This document shows, in pieces, positions 43,025-53,414 of a stretch of DNA of 64,000 nt; position 1 is the first letter of the stretch, and each line of letters begins with the position of its first letter. The DNA is from an uncultured Actinomycetes bacterium (lineage in GTDB: Bacteria; Actinomycetota; Thermoleophilia; Gaiellales; JAICJC01), in the NCBI GenBank assembly GCA_963809325.1, contig CAWEIZ010000008.1, positions 126,165-190,164 of the forward strand, in the 5' to 3' direction. The notes under the pieces are model-generated. The model did no database searches. It saw nothing but the letters and a program-made list of their open reading frames with translations, and was not told the origin of the DNA. The translations under genes were made by a program, and so were the position numbers.

Positions 43025-44254
43025 CTAAACGCGCGCCGGCAGCGGGTCGAGTTCGAACGGCATGAGCGCGACCGCCTCGTCGTAGCGCCGCAGCACCGAC
43101 GCCCGGTCCGGGCCGGCGAGCGCGATGACCGCGAGCCGGTGGCTCACGACGTCGTCGTCGTTCTCCGAGAGCCGCTGGCCGGGGCGGACGAGGACCTCCA
43201 CGTGGGCGTGGCCGAACCGCTCCAGGACCGCCGTCGGGTCGGGCACCGACCGGACGAGGGCGTCCTCCTCGTACGTCCGCATCAGGAAGCTCGCCGCGAC
43301 CACGTCGTCGTGGGTCGGGGGGAGCTCGGGCGTCCCGCCGGCCGCGAGCTCGAGCTGGAGCTCGTAGGAGGACACGCCGTGGACGGCCATGACGAGCGGC
43401 GCGAACTGCGACGCCATCCGGCCGTTGACCTCGACGATCGCGATGGATCCGTCCGGGCGGACGAAGAACTCGATGTTGAAGAGCGACCGGTCGAACCCGA
43501 GCGCCGGCATCAGCCGTGCCGCGACGCCCGCCATGCTCGCCTGTACCTCCGGGCCGAGCGCGCTCGGATACTCGAACCGCAGGAAGCTGATCGCGTTCGG
43601 GTGCATGACCGCGTCGGTCACGCCGATGGGCGTCATCCGCCCGTCGCACATGAAGCCCTCGAACGTCACGAGGATCCCGTCGAGCAGCTCCTCGGCCACG
43701 AGCGTCCTGAAGCTCCGCCCCTCGAGGGCGACGTCGTAGGCGGTCACGGCGTCGATATGGGCGCGCGCCTCGGCCAGAGCGGCGGCGTAGTCGGCCGGCC
43801 CGTCGCATCGGTACGCCAGCTGCGAGAGGTGGGCGCTGACCGGCTTCAGGAAGAAGGGATACGGCAGCGGAGCCGGCGGATCGGGGTCGTCGAGATCGAC
43901 CGCGGCGAACTCCGGCGTCGCCTCGGGGACGACCTCGGCCTGGATCCTTCGCGACTCGAGCTTGTCGTGGCAGCGCATGAACGCCGCTCGCCCCGGGCCC
44001 GGCAGGCCGAGGCGCTCGGCCAGGACGGCGGCGAGGTGGCCGGTGGCGTCGCTCGACCCCATGACGCCCGAGACGGCGGGCCCGAACCGGGCCATGTGCT
44101 CGACGAACGCCGCCGGGTCGAACCCGGGGCCGATCGGCTCCCCGACCAGCCGGACGGCGAACCGCTCCATGATGCGCTCGTCCGCCAGGTTCAGGCGGTC
44201 GCGCCGCCCGGGGCAGAGGACGAGGACGCTCGGGATGTCGTTGGGGGTCGGCAC
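43025..44254 (-). CDS. ATP-grasp domain protein
   Basis: CHDK, FLKP, NIEF, VEVNGR. Confidence 0.8.
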   Translation of the reverse strand: MPTPNDIPSVLVLCPGRRDRLNLADERIMERFAVRLVGEPIGPGFDPAAFVEHMARFGPAVSGVMGSSDATGHLAAVLAERLGLPGPGRAAFMRCHDKLESRRIQAEVVPEATPEFAAVDLDDPDPPAPLPYPFFLKPVSAHLSQLAYRCDGPADYAAALAEARAHIDAVTAYDVALEGRSFRTLVAEELLDGILVTFEGFMCDGRMTPIGVTDAVMHPNAISFLRFEYPSALGPEVQASMAGVAARLMPALGFDRSLFNIEFFVRPDGSIAIVEVNGRMASQFAPLVMAVHGVSSYELQLELAAGGTPELPPTHDDVVAASFLMRTYEEDALVRSVPDPTAVLERFGHAHVEVLVRPGQRLSENDDDVVSHRLAVIALAGPDRASVLRRYDEAVALMPFELDPLPARV

Positions 44255-44312
44255 CGGCCGGATTGTGACGTACTCACGGGTTGGGGGCCATGATTCCCCC
44301 CACGGCGTGTTT

Positions 44313-45419
44313 CTACGCCCAGACGCGCTCGGCGGTTTGGGCGAGCGTCTGCAGCTTCGCCCGCTGGTCGTCGAACGTCACCGCGTTCCCGACGACCGAG
44401 GTGGCGAATCCGCACTGGGGGCTGATCGCCAGCCGTTCAAGGTCGATGTGGGCGGCCGCCTCGCGAATGCGGCCCTCGAGCTCGGCGGGGGTCTCGCGCC
44501 GGCCGGACTTCGTCGTGACGAGGCCGAGCACCACCATCCGGTCGTCGGGCACGTGGTCGAGCGGCTGGAACGAGCCCGACCGCTCGTCGTCGTACTCGAG
44601 CAGGAGGCGGTGGGCCTCGACACCCGCGAACACCCGTCGCGCGATGGGCTCGTAGCCGCCGGCCGCGAGCCACCGGCTGCCCTGGTTCCCGCGGCAGAGG
44701 TGAAAGCCGAACGTCACCCCCGGGTGGCCGCGCATCACCCAGTTGTCGAGCTCGATGCCGCGGTCGAGCCACCGCTCGGCCGACCATCCCTGGGCCTCGT
44801 AGAAGGCCCGGGTGCCGGGGTCGATCAGGAGCGGGTAGTGGGGCGCGTCGAGCTGGATGTACGTGCAGCCGAGGCGGGCGAGCTCGCCGACGTCGTCGCG
44901 CGTGATCGCGGCGACGTCCTCCAGGAAGCCGTCGAGCGTGGGGTAGGCCTCGCGCGAGTGGGTCGGCGACCACAGGTTGGCGTACAGGCTGGGGCTGGTC
45001 AGCGTCACCTTCGGGATCGCGGTCGCCCGGCTGCGGAGGTAGGTGAAGTCCTCGGCCGCGATGTGCCTGCGGCGGCGGAGCGGCTCGCGCACGCCCAGCC
45101 CGGCGGGGCGCTCGGTCGAGCGGTCGCCGACCTCGTCGCCGTGCCAGTGGCCCCACAGGTACGCCTCGAGCGGCACCTCGCCGAAGCCGTCGACCGCGTC
45201 CGGGAGGCCGCTCTGGAACGAGAGCCGCCGCATCTCGCCGTCGGTCACGATCTCCATGCCCGCCTCCTCCTGGAGCCGGACGGCGCCGTCGACGGCCAGA
45301 TCCTCGGCCCGCTTGAGCTCGACCGGCGAGGCGTCGCCTCGATCGAACCGCTCTCGCACCTCGAGCAGCTCGGGCGGTCGCAGGAGGCTCCCGACGACGT
45401 CCGTGTGGGCGGTGATCAT
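44313..45419 (-). CDS. Cobalamin-independent methionine synthase II family protein
   Basis: VGSLLRP, TDGEMRR, HLCRGN, SPQCGF. Confidence 0.9.
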   Translation of the reverse strand: MITAHTDVVGSLLRPPELLEVRERFDRGDASPVELKRAEDLAVDGAVRLQEEAGMEIVTDGEMRRLSFQSGLPDAVDGFGEVPLEAYLWGHWHGDEVGDRSTERPAGLGVREPLRRRRHIAAEDFTYLRSRATAIPKVTLTSPSLYANLWSPTHSREAYPTLDGFLEDVAAITRDDVGELARLGCTYIQLDAPHYPLLIDPGTRAFYEAQGWSAERWLDRGIELDNWVMRGHPGVTFGFHLCRGNQGSRWLAAGGYEPIARRVFAGVEAHRLLLEYDDERSGSFQPLDHVPDDRMVVLGLVTTKSGRRETPAELEGRIREAAAHIDLERLAISPQCGFATSVVGNAVTFDDQRAKLQTLAQTAERVWA

Positions 45420-45478
45420 GCCGGCGAGTGTAGTCAGGCCCTCCGAGCGGGTATGGCCCCTCTGTGATACTTCCGCGA

Positions 45479-46658
45479 ATGCCGACGGGCGTTCACACCA
45501 GCGCTCTTTCGCTCCGGATCGGCTTCGCGCTCGAGTCGGCGAGGGAGCGCACCCTGCATGCGCTGGCCCCGCTCTCGCACGAGGATCTGACGATCCAGCC
45601 GACGCCGATCCTCTCGCCGCTCGTGTGGGATCTGGCCCACATCGGCCACCAGGAGGAGCTGTGGCTCCTGCGAACGCTCCACGGTGAGCGGCCCACCGAG
45701 CGCCGCTTCGACGACATCTACAACGCCTGCGAGCACGAGCGGTCGGAGCGCTCGGCGCTCGGGCTGCTCGAGCCGGCCGACGCCTACGACTACGTCGCAG
45801 ACGTCCGCGAGCGCGTCTTCCGGCGGCTGCCCGGCGAGCGCTTCCCCGACGAGGAGCCGCTGCGCCGCGGCGGGTACGCCTACCACATGGTCATCCAGCA
45901 CGAGCATCAGCACAACGAGACGATGCTCCAGGCGTTCCAGATCCGCGAGGATCTCGCCCACCCGCTCGCCGAGCTCTGGCGGCCGGCGCCGGTCGAGGGG
46001 AGGCCGGCCGCGGTCAGGCTCGACGCGGGCGAGTTCACGATGGGCAGCGACGACGCCGGCTGGGCCTACGACAACGAGCAGCCGGCCCACGTCCGCCGCG
46101 TCGACGCCTATGCCATCGACTCGCACCCCGTGAGGAACCGCGACTACGTGCGGTTCGTCGAGGCGGGCGGATACGCTGATCGCGGGCTTTGGAGCGACGC
46201 GGGCCTCGAGTGGCTCGACGCCGAGGGCGAGGGCCATCCGATGTACTGGCGCCGCTCGCGGGCCGGGTGGTCGCGCGTGAGGTTCGGGCGGGTCGAGGCC
46301 CTGCCGCCGGACGAGCCCGTCCAGCACGTGTGCTTCCACGAGGCCGAGGCCTACGCGCGCTGGGCCGGTGCGCGGCTGCCGACCGAGGCCGAGTGGGAGC
46401 GGGCGGTTCCGCACCTCTCGTACGTCGGCCAGGTCTGGGAGTGGACGTCGTCCAGCTTCGAGCCGTACCCCGGCTTCCACGCGTTCCCGTACGAGGGCTA
46501 CTCGGCGGTCGTTCTTCGGCACGGGGCTCTACCGCGTGCTGCGCGGCGGCTCGTGGGCCACCCACGGCAAGGTGGGCCGGCACACGTTCCGCAACTGGGA
46601 CCTCCCGATCCGGCGGCAGATCTTCGCCGGCCTCAGGCTGGCGCACGACGTGGGGTAG
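45479..46658 (+). CDS. egtB: Ergothioneine sulfoxide synthase EgtB (frameshift near 46510)
   Basis: [38 protein letters not shown]. Confidence 0.85.
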
Positions 46659-46663
46659 TGCGG

Positions 46664-48139
46664 CTAGACACCGCGAGCGCCGTCGTTCTCTGCGCCACAC
46701 GCCGCCACCGCCCCTGACCGGATGAGCGTGAGGATGGGGACGAGATCCTGCGGCGGGATGTCGCCGGCGGCGGTGAAGGGGATGGCGTTTCGGATGAGCT
46801 TGTGGAGCTGGCCCGTCGCCTCTCCGAGCGCCGGGGGGGCGCGCAGGTCGATCGCCTGCGCCGCGACGATCAGCTCGATGGCCGTGATGCGCTCGCCGAG
46901 GCCGACCATCTCGTCGAGCCGGCGGGCACCCAGCGGCGCCATGGTCATGCGATCCTCGATGCCCTCGGCGACGCTCGAGGAGGCAAGCTCGAACGAGACG
47001 GGCTGGGCCAGCAGCCGCGCCTCGGCGGCCAGGGCCACCACGGCCACCCCGAATTCGGACAGGGCGCTCTCCGGGGAGTCGGGATCGGCCGACAGCCCCA
47101 CGGTCAGCCCGGAGAAGTGCCGGGTGAGCAGCTTGAGGGCGCGCTCACACGCCGAGGTCACGACGGGCGCGAGCGAGATCCGCACCAGGTCGAGCGCGGC
47201 CGCCAGCGGCAGCACGTCGTAGTTCGCGACCGAGACGAACCGGCGCTCCTCGAGCACGAGCAGGGGGTTGCCCTGCGATGCGTTCAGCTCGATCGCGAGC
47301 ATGTCGTCGGCGTGGCCGAGCGCGTCGCGGCACGCCCCGTGCACCTGCGCGATATTCCGGAACGTGAGTGGGTCCTGCAGATTCCGCGCCGCGCCCTCGT
47401 CCCACAGGTAGCTCCCCTCGAGCAGATGCCGGAGGCGCGCGAGCGACGACACGAGGCCCGGGTACGGCCGCACGCGCGCGACCGCCGGGTGCAGGACGCT
47501 GAGGTTGGCGGCGAACGCCTCCAGGTCGAGCGCGCCCGCGACGTCGGCCGTGTCGAGCAGGAGGTGGCAGTCGGCCAGCGCGAGCGTCGCGATCGCCGTC
47601 GAGAAGGCGTTCGAGTTCACGAGCGACAGCGTCTCGGTGCCCGTCAGCCGGTAGTCGCCCAGCACCTCGTGCGCCAGGTCGGCCATCGGCGCCAGGTCAG
47701 CCTGCCCAAGCGAGCCGAGCATCCTGACGCCGGGCGTCGTGCCCTCGTTCAGGGTGTCGACCAGCCGCTGGGCCAGCTCCGGCCGCACGCCGGTGATGCC
47801 GAGCGCGAACCCGTTCACGAGCCGCAGGAGCGCCGCCCGCACGACGTCCGCGGGAGCGTACGGGCCCTGGCCGACCCGGTGGCTCGGGAGCAGGAGCAGG
47901 TTGAAGCGCTCGAGCTCCTCGCCGCGCATCGACACGATCTTGTGAGCCCCGACGCCCGTCGTCAGGCCGTACACCTGCTCGTTCGCCCGCACGGCCTCCT
48001 GCACGACCTCCCAGCCGCGCGCCATGCGCTCGATCGCACCTGGTGCCAGCTCGACCCGCCGGTTCCCGCGGGCCACCTCGACGACGTCGGCCGCCGAGAG
48101 CGCCTGGCCGGTCACGACGAGCGGCACGGCGGCGCTCAC
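46664..48139 (-). CDS. Aromatic amino-acid lyase (HAL fold) lacking the ASG/MIO tripeptide
   Basis: VYGLTTGVG, LQDPLTFR, ELNAS.GNP; GSLGQADL where HAL has GSVGASGDL. Confidence 0.8.
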   Translation of the reverse strand: MSAAVPLVVTGQALSAADVVEVARGNRRVELAPGAIERMARGWEVVQEAVRANEQVYGLTTGVGAHKIVSMRGEELERFNLLLLPSHRVGQGPYAPADVVRAALLRLVNGFALGITGVRPELAQRLVDTLNEGTTPGVRMLGSLGQADLAPMADLAHEVLGDYRLTGTETLSLVNSNAFSTAIATLALADCHLLLDTADVAGALDLEAFAANLSVLHPAVARVRPYPGLVSSLARLRHLLEGSYLWDEGAARNLQDPLTFRNIAQVHGACRDALGHADDMLAIELNASQGNPLLVLEERRFVSVANYDVLPLAAALDLVRISLAPVVTSACERALKLLTRHFSGLTVGLSADPDSPESALSEFGVAVVALAAEARLLAQPVSFELASSSVAEGIEDRMTMAPLGARRLDEMVGLGERITAIELIVAAQAIDLRAPPALGEATGQLHKLIRNAIPFTAAGDIPPQDLVPILTLIRSGAVAACGAENDGARGV

Positions 48140-49239
48140 GCGACCCGCCACGCTTCGAGCGCGTGCAGGTCGGGCTCGGCCCCGAGCCCCGGTCCGGGCG
48201 GCGCCTCCAGCGTCCCGTCCGCGCCGACCTCCACGGGTGCGATCGGGAAGTCGCGCCGCTCCGGCGTCCACCCGGGCGGGTCGTACGGCACCTCGATGAA
48301 CGGGCACGTCGAGACGGCCAGCGCGAGGTGCAGGTTGGCCAGGAGCCCATGCCCGTGCGACCACGTGTGCGGGGACCACATCCGGCCGTGCGCCTCGGCG
48401 ACCTCGGCCACGCGGTGGCAGCCGCCGATCCCGCCGGCCAGGACGACGTCGGCCTGGATCACGTCGACCCCGCCGCGGACGATCAGGTCGATCGCCTCCT
48501 CCTCGCTTCGCACCATCTCGCCGGCGGCGATGCGCAGATCGGTGAGATCGCGGAGGTCGGCATAGCCCTGGACGTTCACGCAGGGGAGCGGCTCCTCGAG
48601 CCAGTGGACCCCGAGCGGCTCGAGCTCGCGGGCGCAGGCCGCCGCCTCGGCCACGTCCCAGGCCGGCGTCCGGTCGCCCGGCATCCGCCATCCCTGGTTC
48701 GCGTCAACCATGATCGTCATGTCGCCGCCCATGGCGTCGCGGACCGCCGCGACCGTCTCGACACCGTCGCGCCAGTCCACGCCGAGGCGCAGCTTGACGG
48801 CCCGCCAGCCGGCGTCGCGCAGCGCCGCGCAGCGGCGGACGCGCTCCTCGCGCGAGACGGCCTCGCAGGTGGATGCGTACGCCGTGATCCGCTCGCTCCG
48901 CCCGCCGAGCAGCTCCCGAAGCGGCCGGCCCGCAGTTCGCCCGACGAGGTCCCAGACGGCCACCTCGCACGCCCAGGGGCGGCCGCCGTGGAAGTCGACC
49001 GTGCGGCAGATCTCGCGCACCGCGTCGGTCTGCGAGGGCTCGACGCCGGCCAGGAGCCGCTCGAGGAGGGCCCGGTCGGGCAGCGGCGCACCGCTCGCGT
49101 AGCCCTGTGAGCCGTCGTCGGCCCTGACGATCGTGAGCGTCGCCTCCAGGGCTGTCCGGGGCTCGGGATCCCACGCCACCCGCACGGGCGGGTCGAGCGG
49201 GAGCAGGTAGGTGCGCGTCTCGATGCCGGCGATGCGCAC
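48136..49239 (-). CDS. Mandelate racemase/enolase superfamily enzyme
   Basis: KLR, MVDANQ, WLEEP, AAGE. Confidence 0.9.
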   Translation of the reverse strand: MRIAGIETRTYLLPLDPPVRVAWDPEPRTALEATLTIVRADDGSQGYASGAPLPDRALLERLLAGVEPSQTDAVREICRTVDFHGGRPWACEVAVWDLVGRTAGRPLRELLGGRSERITAYASTCEAVSREERVRRCAALRDAGWRAVKLRLGVDWRDGVETVAAVRDAMGGDMTIMVDANQGWRMPGDRTPAWDVAEAAACARELEPLGVHWLEEPLPCVNVQGYADLRDLTDLRIAAGEMVRSEEEAIDLIVRGGVDVIQADVVLAGGIGGCHRVAEVAEAHGRMWSPHTWSHGHGLLANLHLALAVSTCPFIEVPYDPPGWTPERRDFPIAPVEVGADGTLEAPPGPGLGAEPDLHALEAWRVA

Positions 49240-49241
49240 CG

Positions 49242-49769
49242 CTAGCGGCCGGAGTAGAACGCGTTCGTGGCGCTGCCGCGGAGCGCGAGCAGCTCGTCGA
49301 TCCGCCCGGCTCGATCGCCCTGGAAGGCGTCGTCCAGCGCCCTGCGGGCCGCGTCGCGGTTCGCCGCCCGAACCGCCGTCTCGTCGCTCGCCGCCGGGTC
49401 GACCCAGACCGCGACCAGGAGCACGAGCTCGCCCGCGTCGGCGGGGTCGATCACCCCGTCGGCCACGGCGTCCATGACCCCCTCCGCGATGCCGAGCTGG
49501 GCGGCGCCCCACGTGATCCGTCCGTGGAGGTCGGACGCGACGGTCGCCTTGTTGAGGACGATCGTCGCGGGGCGAACAGCGTTTCCTGCGCCCAGGCAGG
49601 CCATGACCGGAGCATGGCCCGGCCCCGGGCTCGCGAACGCCGACGCGGCGGCCGCCGCCGTCGGCGAGCCGCGCCTCGCGACGACCAGGTTCACGTGGCT
49701 GCCGTTGGGTACGTCACCGGACCAGGCCTCGCCGAACGAGCCGTCGACGTTGTCCGCGAAGCCGGGCAC
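49242..49769 (-). CDS. fae: Formaldehyde-activating enzyme family protein
   Basis: GEAWSG..H..G; RPATIVLNK; WGAAQLGIA.GV.DAV. Confidence 0.75.
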   Translation of the reverse strand: MPGFADNVDGSFGEAWSGDVPNGSHVNLVVARRGSPTAAAAASAFASPGPGHAPVMACLGAGNAVRPATIVLNKATVASDLHGRITWGAAQLGIAEGVMDAVADGVIDPADAGELVLLVAVWVDPAASDETAVRAANRDAARRALDDAFQGDRAGRIDELLALRGSATNAFYSGR

Positions 49770-49902
49770 CGGGGGCACGGTATCGGAGCCGGCAGTCGCG
49801 TGCCGGAGCGGGCCTGGATCCTTGATTCCGAGGTCGATCGGCGGTACCGTCCTCGCTTCACTGCCGCCGGAAGGACGCCGGCGGCATCGGCGAGGAGGGG
49901 TC

Positions 49903-51576
49903 GTGGACGAGCTCGAGTACCACCTGTACGAGGAGGCACGGACCGGGCGCATGACGCGGCAGCAGCTGCTCGTTCGCGGCAGTGTGCTCGGCATCTCAGC
50001 GTCGGCGATGGGGGCGATCCTGGCTGCCTGCGGGACGTCCGCGTCGGACAAGAGCACGTCGACGCCTTCGGGCGGCGCGATCAAGCGCGGCGGCACGCTG
50101 CGCCTGGGCGTCTCGGTGCCGGCGCAGGACGTCGATCCCGTGACGATGTTCAACGAGGGCGCGATCGCGACCGCCGACATCGCACTCGAGTACCTCTGCT
50201 ATCCCGACCCCAACTACGTGCTGCAGCCGAAGCTCGCGACCAAGTGGGCCCCCGGCGCCGACGCGTCGACGTGGGACTTCACGATCCGGCAGGGCGTGAC
50301 GTGGCACGACGGAACGCCGTTCACGGTCGACGACGTCGTCGCGAGCTTCGACCGGCTGACCGATCCCAAGTCGAAGTCCGCGGCGCTGTCCCAGTTCGCG
50401 GGTGTGCTGTCGGCCGGGAACATCGAGCGCAAGGACGACCAGACCGTCACGTTCCACCTCGACCGCGTCTACGCCGACTTCCCGTACCTCGTCTCGGCGT
50501 TCACCTACAACTCGCTCATCACGCCGAAGAACTACGAGATCGGCACGTTCACGAAGGGCGGGATCGGAACCGGTGCGTTCATCCTGAAGACCTACCAGAA
50601 CGGCCAGCAGGCGACGTACACGAAGAACCCGAACTACTGGGACAAGGGCAAGCCGTACCTCGACGGCGTGGTGATGAAGTACTTCTCGGACAACGCCCCC
50701 GAGGTTGCGGCGCTCCAGGCCGGCGCGATCGACGCGATGGTCGAGACGCCCTACCAGGGATCGCAGGCGCTCTTCTCCGACGCCAACATCACGATCCTCG
50801 AGAACCCCTCGACGCAGTACCGCACGCTGCAGATGCGCACCGACGAGACCCCGTTCTCGAGCCAGGAGCTGCGCCAGGCGGTCGCGTATGCGCTCAACCG
50901 GCCCGACCTCATCACAGGCCTCTTCAACGGCAAGGCCGTGCTCGGGAACGACCACGCGTTCGCCCCGATCTTCCCCGACTCGCCGTCGACCGACGACGTG
51001 CCCCAGCGGGTGCAGGACATCGACAAGGCGAAGCAGCTCGTCCAGTCGGCGACCGGGCGCTCGTCGATCAACGTCACGCTGACGACCGAGGATTACCTCG
51101 AGATCCCCGACTACGCGACGTTCGTGAAGGAGCAGCTCAAGGCGGCCGGGATCAACGTCTCGCTCGAGGTGCAGCCGCAGACGACGTTCTACGGGACCGG
51201 CTCGAACCAGCCGTGGCTCGTGGTGCCGTTCGGCATCACCGACTGGGCCGCGCGCGGGACGCCGGGCCAGATCCTCGACCCGGCCTACACGTGCAACTCG
51301 GTGCCGAACAAGGATCTCTCGAACGCCGCCGGTGCGTGGAACTCGGCCCACTGGTGCAACCCCCAGTTCGACAGCCTGGTGAAGCAGTTCGAGGCGAGCG
51401 TCGACCAGACCGAGCGCCGGTCGCTGGCCGTCCAGGCCGCCAAGATCCAGCAGGACGAGGTGCCCGACGTCATCGCGTACTGGCTCGCGGAGCTGCGGGC
51501 GACCCGCAAGAACGTCCACGGCTTCGCGAAGGGGCCGACGTCGGAGGTGGACGCCAGCGGCGTCTGGCTCTCGTGA
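49903..51576 (+). CDS. Peptide/nickel-family ABC substrate-binding lipoprotein
   Basis: TRQQLL Tat-like signal, LAAC lipobox, GTGAF..NPNYW. Confidence 0.9.
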   Translation: MDELEYHLYEEARTGRMTRQQLLVRGSVLGISASAMGAILAACGTSASDKSTSTPSGGAIKRGGTLRLGVSVPAQDVDPVTMFNEGAIATADIALEYLCYPDPNYVLQPKLATKWAPGADASTWDFTIRQGVTWHDGTPFTVDDVVASFDRLTDPKSKSAALSQFAGVLSAGNIERKDDQTVTFHLDRVYADFPYLVSAFTYNSLITPKNYEIGTFTKGGIGTGAFILKTYQNGQQATYTKNPNYWDKGKPYLDGVVMKYFSDNAPEVAALQAGAIDAMVETPYQGSQALFSDANITILENPSTQYRTLQMRTDETPFSSQELRQAVAYALNRPDLITGLFNGKAVLGNDHAFAPIFPDSPSTDDVPQRVQDIDKAKQLVQSATGRSSINVTLTTEDYLEIPDYATFVKEQLKAAGINVSLEVQPQTTFYGTGSNQPWLVVPFGITDWAARGTPGQILDPAYTCNSVPNKDLSNAAGAWNSAHWCNPQFDSLVKQFEASVDQTERRSLAVQAAKIQQDEVPDVIAYWLAELRATRKNVHGFAKGPTSEVDASGVWLS

Positions 51577-51601
51577 TCCCGTGACGCGGCGCTAGGCGAT
51601 C

Positions 51602-52551
51602 GTGGGGCGGTTCATCCTCCGCCGGATCGGGCTGACGCTGGTGACGCTCGTGATCGTGTCGATGACGGTGTTCGCGGCGGCCGAGGTGCTCCCCGGCGAC
51701 GTGGCCCGGACGATCCTCGGCCCGTATGCGACGAAGGCCCAGGTCGACGCGCTCGACCACCAGCTGGGCGTGGATCAGCCGCTCCCGGTGCGCTACTGGA
51801 ACTGGGCCACGGACTTCGTGCAGGGCGACTGGGGGACGTCGCCCGTCCAGAACACCGAGGTGCGCCCGTATGTCCTCGGCCGGTTCAAGAACTCGCTGAT
51901 CCTGGCGGCGTTCGCGCTCGTCCTCATCGTGCCCGCTCTCGATCGGGCTCGGCGTGGTCGCGGCGCTCAACTACGGACGGCGCGCTCGACCGCGTCATCA
52001 CGATCACGGGGCTCTCGGTGATCGCGCTGCCCGAGTTCGTGATGGGCGTCGTCCTGATCGTGGTGTTCGCCGTCCAGCTGGGCTGGTTCCCGGTCATCTC
52101 GCAGGTGCCGGGCACGAACCCCGTCGACTGGTTCCGCCAGCTGCTCCTGCCGTCGCTCCCGCTCATGTTCGTGCTGTTCGGCTACGTGTCGCGCATGGCC
52201 CGGGCGGGCACGGTCGATGCGCTCCAGTCCGACTATGCGCGCACGGCCGTGCTGAAGGGGCTTCCGCGGCGCACCGTCGTCTGGCGGCACGTGCTGCGAA
52301 ACGCTCTGCTCCCGACCATCACCGTCGTCGCCGTCCAGATCGGCTACCTGGTCGGCGGCCTCGTCGTCGTCGAGTCGCTCTTCAGCTACCCGGGGATCGG
52401 CCAGCTGATCCTCACGGCGGCGACCGGCCACGACCTGCCGACGCTCGAGGCGGCGGTGCTCCTGATCGCGCTCGTCTACACGGCGGCGAACCTGGTCGCC
52501 GACGTGCTCTACGCCGTCCTGAACCCGCGCGTCAGGCTGGCGGCGACGTGA
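51602..52551 (+). CDS. DppB-like permease (frameshifted near 51940-51990)
   Basis: PGD.A..LG; SDYARTA..KGL..HVLRNAL. Confidence 0.85.
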
Positions 52552-53414
52552 GTGCCACGACGGCCGACGGTGTGCGCGTCGCCCGCCGGGAGCGCCGGCG
52601 CGAGCTCGTGCGCGCGATGCTGCGGTCGGGGACGTTCCTCGTCGGCGCCGGCATCGTCGGCTTCTGGGTGCTCGACGCCCTCCTGTGGCGCTTCATCGTG
52701 CCGCACGACCCGCAGGCCATCACCGCGTCGGCGACGCTGAAGGCCCCCGACGCGACCCACTGGTTCGGCACCGACAACGTCGGCCGCGACGTGTTCTCGC
52801 GCGTGCTCGCGGGCGCGTCGCCGGTCCTGACCGTCGCGCCGCTGGCGACCCTCCTCGGCGTCACCGGCGGCGTGATCGTGGGGCTCGTGGCCGGCTACTA
52901 CCGCGGGCTCGTCGACGACGTCGTGAGCCGGCTCGTCGATGCGGTGCTCTCGTTCCCGCTCATCATCATCGCCGTGCTCGTGCTCGCGTCGCTCGGCCGC
53001 GACACCAAGAACGTGATCCTCGTGATCGCGTTCATCTTCATCCCGCTCGTGGGCCGCACGGTGCGCTCGGCGGTGCTCGTCGAGCGGGAGCGGGAGTACG
53101 TGTCGGCGGCCCGGCTGCGGGGCGAGCGCGGGCCGTACATCATGGCCGCCGAGATCCTGCCGAACGTCACCGGGCCGATCCTCGTCGAGTCGACCATCCG
53201 GCTCGGGTACGCGATCTTCACCGTCGCGACGCTCTCGTTCTTCGGCCTGGGCCTCCAGCCGCCGTCGCCCGACTGGGGGCTCACGATCGCCACCCAGCGC
53301 GCGTTCCTCCAGGTCGCGTGGTGGACGGTCGTCTTCCCGGCGCTGGCGCTGGCCACGCTCGTCGTCGGCGTGAACCTGCTGGCCGACGGGCTCCGTCAGG
53401 TGGTGGAGGAGTGA
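52548..53414 (+). CDS. DppC-like permease
   Basis: HWFGTD..GRD..SR; PPSPDWG. Confidence 0.9.
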   Translation: MSATTADGVRVARRERRRELVRAMLRSGTFLVGAGIVGFWVLDALLWRFIVPHDPQAITASATLKAPDATHWFGTDNVGRDVFSRVLAGASPVLTVAPLATLLGVTGGVIVGLVAGYYRGLVDDVVSRLVDAVLSFPLIIIAVLVLASLGRDTKNVILVIAFIFIPLVGRTVRSAVLVEREREYVSAARLRGERGPYIMAAEILPNVTGPILVESTIRLGYAIFTVATLSFFGLGLQPPSPDWGLTIATQRAFLQVAWWTVVFPALALATLVVGVNLLADGLRQVVEE

